Below, piece after piece: positions 9,721-19,073 of a stretch of 64,000 nucleotides of DNA. The DNA lies in the NCBI GenBank assembly GCA_014238055.1, contig JABABV010000001.1:184938-248937 (forward strand), given 5' to 3'. The first letter of the stretch is position 1, and each line of letters opens with the position of its first letter. A program made the position numbers and the translations under genes. A model generated the notes under the pieces. It did not search any database. It was not told the DNA's origin and was given only the letters and a program-made list of their open reading frames with translations. Source of the DNA: Mycoplasmatales bacterium (lineage in GTDB: Bacteria > Bacillota_I > Bacilli_A > Mycoplasmatales > JABABV01).

Positions 9721-12420
9721 TTATTTTTCATGTTTACTTAATAAGTTTTTTAATTTATGAATTTTTTGAGAAGCTTTATGAGTCTTTTTCTCAGACTTTT
9801 TAATATGACTAGATAATAAATATTCATTATTTTTAACAATTAAAATTTTAATTTTTTTAATTCTATATTTAGCAATAACTTTATTAATATTATCTTTTAA
9901 AGCTCGTTTGTCTATTTTGTGTTTTTTAGATTTAATTTTACGAATCATAGCAGTTGATTTAAGATTAGTTATTTCAATCACTTGATCACGTTTGTTTTTT
10001 ATTAATTCTGATTTAATATCATTTTTAAAATAACCAAAAAATAATCTTTGACTACCTTTTTCGCTATCATCTTTATCGATTAAAATTTGAAAACCAGTTT
10101 TTAAATTTTCGATTATTTCAATCTTGTCTTCGTATTTTAAACGAATCATTTCTTCATGTCTATGTATTTTAGTGATTTTATAAATTTTTGGATCTCCAAC
10201 TAAATTTGGATCTTTAAATCATAATTTAGGATTTAATAATGCCATGATTGAATGGAAAATAGCTACAAATATTTTTCGAACATTAAATCAAAATACATCA
10301 GATCTAGTTAAAAGTCCCATTCCTTGATATTTATCATTTTTAATTTCTTTTTCTAGAGCATAACTTTCTTCATACTCTAAAACTCGTGGTCTCGTAAAAC
10401 CAAATATTAAAGCTGTTGTTAGCGCTCCAGCACAAACTGAAACAATTCAACCGATGTAAGGAACTTCTCCTGGAATATATCCTAAAAACGTTCCTAATGG
10501 TGATCCTAGACCTCCAAAAAATCTACATCCAAAGAGAACTACTAATCCTCCAGCTACCATAGCTCCAGCTATGTTTGAAATAACAGCTCTTAACGGATTT
10601 GTGATAGCAAAAGGAATTGCTCCTTCACTAATACCAACAAGTCCCATCCCAAATGCTGCTTGTCCAGTTTGTTTTTCAGCACTAGAGAATTTATGTTTAA
10701 ATAACGTTGTCGCTAATCAAGCTCCTAATGGTGGTACCGATATAGCTGCTTGAGTGGCAGTTTGTGGTACAAAATCACTATAAGGTAAATCTAAAGGATT
10801 CGTTCCATGTGCTTGCGCACCATTAATAGCTGACGTAAATATCGCTGTCGCAACTACTAATGCTGTTTTGTTGAACGGACCTCCTAAATCAATCGCTATC
10901 ATTCCGGCAAATAACATTCCGATCAAAGGTAAAATTAGAGGACTTGCCCCGTTTGATTGATCTAATAAAGAGAAAAAAGTTCCCATAATTAAAATTAATG
11001 GTATTGCGATTATCAGTACAAAAACATAAATCATAAAAGTTGATATAATTGGTAATACCATAATTGGTGCTACCGGCTTTACAACTTTAGGAAAATTAAT
11101 TCACTTCAATCCTTTAACTAAATATCCAGCGGCTGCCCCGACGGCAATCGCTCCTAAAAATCCTGCATTAACCGTCAGATCTCCCGTTGGTTGATGAGTG
11201 ATTTTTTCAACTCATTCTAACAAACTATTAGGTAATGAAGTAGTTAAAGTTCCACTATCATTAATTGCATAACTACCGATCAATCCAGCAGGCATTGCTG
11301 ACCGACCACCAATTGCATAAGCAAGATACATTCCAAATATTGGCAACATTAGTTTCAATCCAATCCCACCAATTTGACTTCAACCAGCTACAAAACTATT
11401 AGGATAATGCCATTTACCACCATTAGATATATAATGAGATGCAATAACATTCGGGATTGCCATCAAGATTCCTCCGGTGATTGTAATTGGAATCATATAT
11501 CCAATCGCCGTCATCAACGCTTTCATGAAAGCGTTTTTGTTTTTAGCGCCTAAATTAAAGATTGCTGATTCATCACCGTCATTGTCTCTCCCTTCACTAA
11601 TTGCTTTGTTTTTCTTATCTTTAATTTTAATTGCACGATTAATAATTTTTTCAGCATTTTTAATCGCTTCATTTGTATCAGTTTCAATAATGAAACGATT
11701 CTTAAAACGACTAAGATCGATTTTTAAATCTGAAGCTATAAAAATAACATCAGCTTTTTCAATATCTTCTCTAGTTAAAACGTTTTTAGCTCCAGAAGCT
11801 CCTTGAGTTTCAACTTTATATTTTCAATTATTTTTGATACAAGCTGATTCAATTCGATCTTTAGCCATATAAGTATGGGCAATTCCTGCAGCACACGAAG
11901 TTACTGCAACGACCGATATTGTTTTATTGCTTAATTTTGATTCTTTTGAAGGTGTTCTTGTAGCGTTAGCGTTTTTATTTATATTGGCGCTAATATATTT
12001 AATAATATCTTCTTTATCACCAGTTTTGATGATCTGACGAAATTTTTCATTGTTCATTAAAACTGCTGCTTGAGATAATATTTTTAAATGTTCATCTTTA
12101 GCGTTTTCCGGCACTAAAATACACATAATGTATTTCACTGTATTTTTACCGTCTAATGTTTTTCATTTAATGTCTGTTTTATTTACAACGATATAAAGAC
12201 TTGGTTTTAAAACAGAACCACTAATCGCATGCGGAATCGCAAATCCATTTTCCAAACCTGTCGAAATCTCTTTTTCTCGTACATGAAGTGCTTTCTTCAC
12301 AACGTTTAAATCATTAATATCTTTATTTTTAAACGCTAGTTGGGCGATGCCTTCAAACACTTTTTCTGTGTTCTTAAAATTAGCATTTAAAATAATTTTA
12401 TTTATATTGATTAATTTCAT
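9721..12420 (-). CDS. PTS fructose/mannose-family EIIABC with about 240-aa Lys-rich C-terminal extension (899 aa)
   Basis: EIIA (GFAIPHA), EIIB (VTSCAAGIAHTYMA) and a polytopic EIIC. All five fragments share one frame. I traced 10447 down to 10147 codon by codon and found no TAA or TAG, so ORF 9721-10149 is the tail of the same protein. Confidence 0.8.
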
Positions 12421-12652
12421 TTTGCCTCCACCTAAATATTTAAAGTTTATTTGATATTCTTTTCCCTTGTTATATCTTATTATAAAAAGGTTTTTATTAA
12501 ATTTTCACCTTCAATAATTATTATAAATGATTATAAAAATAATAGGTATAAAAATAAATATTTAAAAAGTTATTAAAAGGAAATATCGATAAAAAACAAG
12601 ATTAAACTTTTATAGCGATAACTATTAAATAAAAAGATAATTTTTTGAAATA

Positions 12653-12694
12653 TTTTCACAATTAAATTTAATAAATATATTTTAATTGTGAAAA
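12653..12694. promoter_or_regulatory. Perfect 14-bp inverted repeat overlapping the cysS -35 region (candidate operator)
   Basis: TTTTCACAATTAAA-N14-TTTAATTGTGAAAA. No flanking T-run on either strand, so it is unlikely to be a terminator. Confidence 0.35.
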
Positions 12695-12713
12695 CTAAAA
12701 ATCTATGTATAAT
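12686..12713 (+). promoter_or_regulatory. Candidate cysS promoter
   Basis: TTGTGA (12686-12691), 16-nt spacer, extended -10 TGTATAAT (12706-12713). Confidence 0.45.
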
Positions 12714-12760
12714 TTTTATTGTAATGAAAAGTAATAAAATTATCCATTATGGAGGAAAAA

Positions 12761-14089
12761 ATGCTTTTATACAATTCTTTAACTAATAAAAAAGAAGAGT
12801 TATTAATTAAATCACAAAAAGTTAATTTATATATTTGCGGACCAACAGTTTATAATTACATCCATATTGGTAATGCTAGGCCGCTAATAAACTTTGATGT
12901 TTTACATCGAGTTTTGAAATTATATAATTACAAAGTGAATTACATTCATAATTTTACTGATATCGATGATAAGATAATTGCCAAAGCGCACGAAAAGAAA
13001 ATTAACGAAATTGAATTGGCGACTTATCATATGCAAGCTTATAATAATGATATTAAAAATTTACGTATTTTAAAACCAACTATGCAGCCAAAAGTTAGTG
13101 ATTCAATTCCACAAATTATTAAATTTATTGAAAAACTTGTCATACAGAAAGACGCTTATGTTGTTAATGGAAATGTTTATTTTAGAACAACAAAACATCT
13201 TGATCAATACGGAAAAATTAGTAATTTAAAAATTGATGATTTATCTAATGATGATCTCAATAATTCTGAAAAAGAAAACCCAAGAGATTTTTCTTTGTGA
13301 AAGAAAACCGATTTTGGTATGAATTGAAAATCACCTTGAAGTGATGGTCGTCCTGGATGACATACAGAATGCGTTGTTTTTAACGATGAAATATTTAATA
13401 GTGAAACGATTGATATTCATGGTGGTGGTGTTGATTTAAAATTTCCTCATCACGAAAACGAAAGAATTCAATGAATTGCCGCTAATAAAAAACCGCTAGC
13501 AAAATTCTGAATTCATAATGGTCAAGTCATGTTGAAAAATACTAAAATGTCAAAATCATTAGGTAATACTTTATTATTAAAAGACGTGCGTGAACAACAC
13601 GGCGTTATGGCTTTAAAATATATTATTTTAAATAGTCATTATCGCGGACCTATTAACGTTACTGAAGAAACTTTTACTAACGCTAAAATAATAATTAATA
13701 AATGAAAAAATAATTTACAAAAAATTCAAAATTATCTACAAACGAAAAATTTATACGACACAAATTCTATTGATTGAATAAGTTGTACAGATATTTCTTG
13801 AGTGACTTTTTTAAAATATCTAAACGATGACTTAAACACCGCTAACGCTATTATGGTAATCGACGATATTATTAAAAAAATTCAAAATATAAAAGATAAT
13901 TCAATTATTAATACTAAATTTTTAATTATTAATAAAATGTTAGAAACTTTAGGACTATTATTAGATATTCAAATTTTAACTAATAATGATATTGTTTTAT
14001 TAAACGAATGAAACGAATTAAAAGATAACAAAAATTACAAAGAAGCTGATGCACTAAGAAGTTTATTAGCTGAAAAGGGGATATTATAA
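12761..14089 (+). CDS. cysS: Cysteinyl-tRNA synthetase
   Basis: [14 protein letters not shown]...[18 protein letters not shown] (HIGH region) and KMSKS. GGAGG precedes ATG 12761; an in-frame ATG at 12749 overlaps that SD. Confidence 0.9.
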
Positions 14090-14090
14090 A

Positions 14091-14813
14091 ATGAATTATA
14101 ATTTAATATATGGAAAGAACCCAATTTTATTAATTGTTAAAATCGATCCGAGAATAATTAATAAAATTTATCTTAATTGGCAATACTCAAAAGATCCGAT
14201 CGTCGATACGTTAAAAGCAGCTAAAGTTGATTTCGAATTTAAAGATAGTAATTTTTTAAACGAAATAACTGATTTTGCTAATCATCAAAATTTTGTAGCC
14301 GAAGTAAAAGACCCGCGACAATATCAATTAGAAATGTTGAAAAAAATTCCTCAAGAAAAAAATCCTTTTGTAATTATGATTGACTCTATCACTGATCCTC
14401 ATAATTTCGGAGCAATTCTTAGAGTTGCCGATGCCGTTGGTGTTGAAGCTTTAATTTATTCTAAAAATCGACAAGTTAAACCAAATGCCACAGTAGCTAA
14501 AGTTTCTACTGGTGCAATGTATAGTGTTAAATTGATTGAAGTTACTAATCTAACTCGCACTTGTGAAACATTAAAAAAATGAGGTTATTGAATTATTGGT
14601 TCTGCCCTTGATGCAGATTCTATTAATGTTAAAGATTTTAATCATCAATCACCTATGTGTTTAATTATCGGTAGCGAAGGAAAAGGTATTTCTAAAAATT
14701 TATTAAGTAAAGTAGACATAAAAATTAAACTGCCAATGCAAGGTAAAGTCCAATCTTTAAATGCATCTGTTGCAGCCGGAATATTATCTTACAAGATTAA
14801 AAATTTAATTTAA
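14091..14813 (+). CDS. rlmB: SpoU/TrmH-family 23S rRNA 2'-O-methyltransferase (RlmB/YacO-like)
   Basis: DSITDPHNFGAILRVADAVG, IIGSEGKGIS and SLNASVAAGI motifs. Its position after cysS matches Bacillus. Confidence 0.8.
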
Positions 14814-14816
14814 AAA

Positions 14817-15380
14817 ATGAAAAATAAAAATATTATTGATGAATTAATATTAGAGTACCGATCAACTAAAAAATCTCAAATATTCAATAAATTAAAAAGT
14901 ATTTTTGATAGGTCTTTAGAAATTCATACTAAAATGGCTTATCAAAAATATTATAAATTTATAAATTATAATGAAATATTGTTATTAACTGAAATGTGTT
15001 TTTATAAATTAATTAATGATTATGACTTTAATAAAGGCGCTACTTTTAAAACATATGTTGGTAATTATTTAAAATACCGCTTAAACGATGAAATTAAAAT
15101 GATGCTACCTCCTAAAAAAGATGCTATGAGAAATTATTGTAATATTGAAAAAACTCATTATCAAGAAGATAAAAAGCAATATACTTTTAGGGAATTTAAT
15201 ATGGAAGAATATATTAATGATGTTTCTTTATCAGAAATCGAAAAACAAGTCTTTAAAATGCACTTTGAAGGCGAAACTTTAAATAGCATTTCAAAAATTC
15301 TAAAAAGAAATTATAAATCTGTTGATAACGCTTTACAAAGAGCTAAAAAGAAATTAAAAAAAAGTATTATTTTTAAATAA
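14817..15380 (+). CDS. Sigma-70-family alternative sigma factor (SigH-like by synteny)
   Basis: Region-2-like TFKTYVGNYLKYRLNDEI and region-4 HTH LSEIEKQVFKMHFEGETLNSISKILKRNYKSVDNALQRAKKKL. The gene order cysS-rlmB-sigma mirrors B. subtilis cysS-yazC-yacO-yacP-sigH. Confidence 0.65.
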   Translation: MKNKNIIDELILEYRSTKKSQIFNKLKSIFDRSLEIHTKMAYQKYYKFINYNEILLLTEMCFYKLINDYDFNKGATFKTYVGNYLKYRLNDEIKMMLPPKKDAMRNYCNIEKTHYQEDKKQYTFREFNMEEYINDVSLSEIEKQVFKMHFEGETLNSISKILKRNYKSVDNALQRAKKKLKKSIIFK

Positions 15381-15545
15381 AATTTTAAAAATAATACTTT
15401 TTCTTTTAAAGTTTATTTGTTGTTTGTCGCTATTATAATTAAACATTTAAACAATTGCTTTATTTTTTAAGAAAATTATATATAATTAATAATAGTCATA
15501 CTTAAAAGAATAAGGAAAAGAATAAGGAGTTTTGTCAATAAAAAT

Positions 15546-17267
15546 ATGAAGAAAAAAATAATTAAATCTATTGGTTTGTTTTCGATTATGGCTGGTTCTC
15601 TAACTACTATGAGTTGTTCTCATAGTAGCGATAAATGAGCTTTCAATTGAAACACAGGCGCAAAAGTAAGTATCGATGATTTTATAAATGACATTAAAAG
15701 AGACAGTGGTCAATTTAGTAAAACTGACACAGTTGTTTATAATGATTCAATTAACTTACTATACAAAAAAACAAATAGTAAAAGTGACTGAGATGGCGTT
15801 GTTAAAGAAGCGCACGATAAATTCAATGATGAACTTAAAAATTTTAAAAAAGCTAACGGACATGGTTGAAAAGCGAAATGAGTTAAATCTTTAAAAACTA
15901 AAGGTTACACTAGCAATAGTGATTATATCGATAGTTTAATAACTGCTTCAATATCTAGTCAAGTTAAATCAAAATTTGGTTATCAAGAAGAAACTAAAAC
16001 TCAAGATGAAATAAAAACAGAATATACAGGCGGTTTACAATTTAAATTTAAAGGTGTTGACTTAAGAAATAATTGAGGTAATTCAGCTACAAATAATTTA
16101 CCTGGAATTAGTTATGATCAAGCTACAGATACAAGTTCAATTTCTTTAACTGAACAACAAATAGTTGATAATTTTGCAAGTTCTAAGAGTGATAATAACG
16201 GTAACTACCGTGTTATGAATAAAAATAGTATTAAAGCATTTTATTTATACAATATTATTAACTTACCGATTTCAATGCAACATTCACTATCAAAATTTAG
16301 TTGATTTGATGCTAAAGCAGCTCCAAACGATTTTGGTCAACAAAATTCAATGGCAACAGCTGATATTAAATCTTTATATTATACTTTAAATTCATTAGGC
16401 GGAGCTAGTCCGGATCTTGAAACTATTGCTAAAAATAGAAGTGAAGATACTGGTTCTCAAGCTAAAAACGGTTACTTAGGTATTGTTAATATGTTAAGTA
16501 GTTCTTATGTCCCTGGATTTATCAACGGAATGTATAACAGCGTTGTTAATCCTGGAACTAATACTGCAAATTTCCCATTTACATTACATACTTTCCGAGA
16601 GTTATTACATAAGAATGCCCCTGATGTTTTTCCAGATTCAATTTGAAGTGATACACAAATTCCAGATAGCGTATGAAATAAATTAGATAACCCTCATAAC
16701 GGTAATGATTTAAGATTCGGAATCGCAAATGATGTTGCTAAAGGATTTCAAACTAACGGTTTTTATTCTTATTACAATATTGTAGGTGCAAATGGAGAAT
16801 CACTTAAAAATATACACGCTATGGTAAGTAAAGATGGATTCCATTTCTTTTCTTCAACAACTAATCCTACAACAATGATTAGAAAAGATTTTGATCAAGA
16901 AATAGATAAAATAAATAATCCTTCTGAAATTGTTGATTATGGAATTTTAGATAAATTTAGTAGTTGAGTTAGTGGAGCTAATTTTTGATACGAAATGAAC
17001 GCTTTAAATATAGTTCATGATGCAGATTCAAAAGATAGTAATAATACTGATATTTTACCTGATAAAGAATACAACAAATTTCAAAACGTATTAACAAGTA
17101 AAAATATTTTATTACCATTATTAAAAAATAGAGATACTTTCCTTGAAGGAACTTCAACATTTGTAGCTGATAACAATAATTCTACAATTAAATGAAACGA
17201 TACAAAATGAACTGATGATGCTGTAAATCAATTATTAAAATTGATTCCAGAATTAAATAATGCTTAA
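15546..17267 (+). CDS. Lipoprotein (573 aa)
   Basis: MKKKIIKSIGLFSIMAGSLTTMSC-SH lipobox. Fragments 16350-16646 and 16995-17195 are in the same frame; TAA at 17265-17267. Confidence 0.7.
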
Positions 17268-17283
17268 GGAGATAGAATTTAAA

Positions 17284-18633
17284 ATGATGAAAAGAAAAAA
17301 TAGAATTAAAAAGTTATTTATTGTTACAGCTAGTTTAGCATCTATGACTTCATTGGCTTTATCTACTATAAGTTGTGGTTCTTCTTCTGGATTAAGTACT
17401 GAGGACGGTTTCTACGTTGCTCAATACGGTTCTAAAGAATTAAAAGAACTTTACTATACTGGTGTAGCTAAAAACTTATATAAATTTAGTGGTGCTGATG
17501 ATCGTAAAATAGATGTAGCAGACAGCGTTACTTCTAACGATTATTTAAACATGAAAGAATATTTATTATTAAACGATCTATGAGCAACTGCTAATAGTTC
17601 TAAAAATAAAAATTATTCTGGTTCTGATTTATCTGAATTAATTATTACAACTAGAGATTATTCTGATTACAAAACTGAGTTTAAAACTGCTTTAAACTTT
17701 TTAATTAGAAATGATTTACACGATATTTTAAATGGTAAAGCTACTAATTCAAGTGGCGTAACTATTACAAAAAAACAAACAATTGAAATAATGAACATTT
17801 ATTATAATCTTTCTCAAGATGAAAGAATTAAAATCAATAAAGAAATGATCGATATGTATTTCTTGAATTCAGAACATTCATACAATTCATTGTATAGTAA
17901 TGATTACTTAGTTCAATATATTCAAGAATATCGCCCATCAATGCTTTGAGCAATCACTAATACTAAAGATAACGTTATTGATCCATTATCTAAAATAGGT
18001 GATAATCTTAACACTGTTAAAACGACAACTCCAAATGATTTTCTAAAAACTTGAAATGGTCAATTCGGAATTCGCGAAGGCGACAAAACTAATAATACAA
18101 ATTCATTCATTAACACAGAAACTGTTAATTATAAATATCAAAGATCTAGTTTAGGTGTTCTACCAATGTTAGGTAGCAATAATCCTGAATATAGTAATAT
18201 GTATAATTTTCAAGGTATGAAATTTACTTCTGATACATTAGCAGATGATGCTTCTACTTTATCTGTTTTTGGATACAATAGACAACAACAAGAAAAGAAA
18301 AATCCCGACATTTATCAAGACGGTATTGTTGTTACTAAAGATTCAAATAAAAATTCTGTTTATGTTCACGGTAAAATTAAAGGTTTAAACATTTATTACG
18401 CCAAAAACTTCGTAAACAATTACGCAGCTCCTAGTGAGGGATTGCCTTTTGGTCAATATAGTTTACCTACAAATATTACTTCTGACAAAACTAGTATTCT
18501 AAGAAATTACATCGAATTGCAATTGATAAGCAAAATGGAAACATCTGCTTTATCTTTCTACCAAGATCGTTACTACATTGACGTTACTAATGATGACGTT
18601 AAAAAAGTACAACCTTCTGGAACAGGAAAATAG
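17284..18633 (+). CDS. Lipoprotein (449 aa)
   Basis: AAGGAG upstream of ATG 17284. MMKRKNRIKKLFIVTASLASMTSLALSTISC-GS lipobox. Fragment 18166-18633 is in the same frame. Confidence 0.7.
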
Positions 18634-18641
18634 TTTCTTCG

Positions 18642-19025
18642 ATGGAAACAATTTTTTCTAAAATCATTAAAGGCGAAATCCCTTCTTACAAAATTTTTGA
18701 AGATAGCGATCATTTCGCCTTTCTTGATATAAATCCCGAAAATAGCGGTCATTTCTTAGTAATTCCTAAAAAACACAGTACTAACCTTATCGACATAAAA
18801 GAAGCTCAAATAGGCCCTTTATTTAGCACTGCTATAGCATTAGCTAAAGCAATGATCAAACCTCTAAACGCTAATAGCTTTAAATTAAGAGTCGCTAGCG
18901 GTAAAGAAGCTGGTCAAATGGTCTTTCATACTCACGTTCATATCATTCCTTTCTACGATGATAAAAACAAACAAATAGATAAAGATGATTTAAAGTTAAT
19001 TCATGCAACTATGATTAAAAAATAG
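18642..19025 (+). CDS. HIT-family (histidine triad) nucleotide hydrolase
   Basis: Intact ORF with the HTHVHIIP histidine-triad motif. Confidence 0.9.
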   Translation: METIFSKIIKGEIPSYKIFEDSDHFAFLDINPENSGHFLVIPKKHSTNLIDIKEAQIGPLFSTAIALAKAMIKPLNANSFKLRVASGKEAGQMVFHTHVHIIPFYDDKNKQIDKDDLKLIHATMIKK

Positions 19026-19072
19026 ACAATAAAAAAAAACAGACATTCAAGTCTGTTTTTTTTTATTGTCTA
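19023..19072. terminator. Bidirectional terminator (22-bp perfect palindrome arms)
   Basis: TAGACAATAAAAAAAAACAGAC-ATTCAA-GTCTGTTTTTTTTTATTGTCTA, overlapping the HIT stop codon and ending 2 nt before the stop codon (19074-19076) of the convergent gene. Confidence 0.7.
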
Positions 19073-19073
19073 T

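Noticed and set aside
12421-12760. T-box leader upstream of cysS
   Set aside because: There is no T-box 14-mer-like sequence (…GGUGGUACCGCG…), specifier-loop architecture or terminator/antiterminator pair. The region is almost pure A/T apart from the inverted repeat reported separately.
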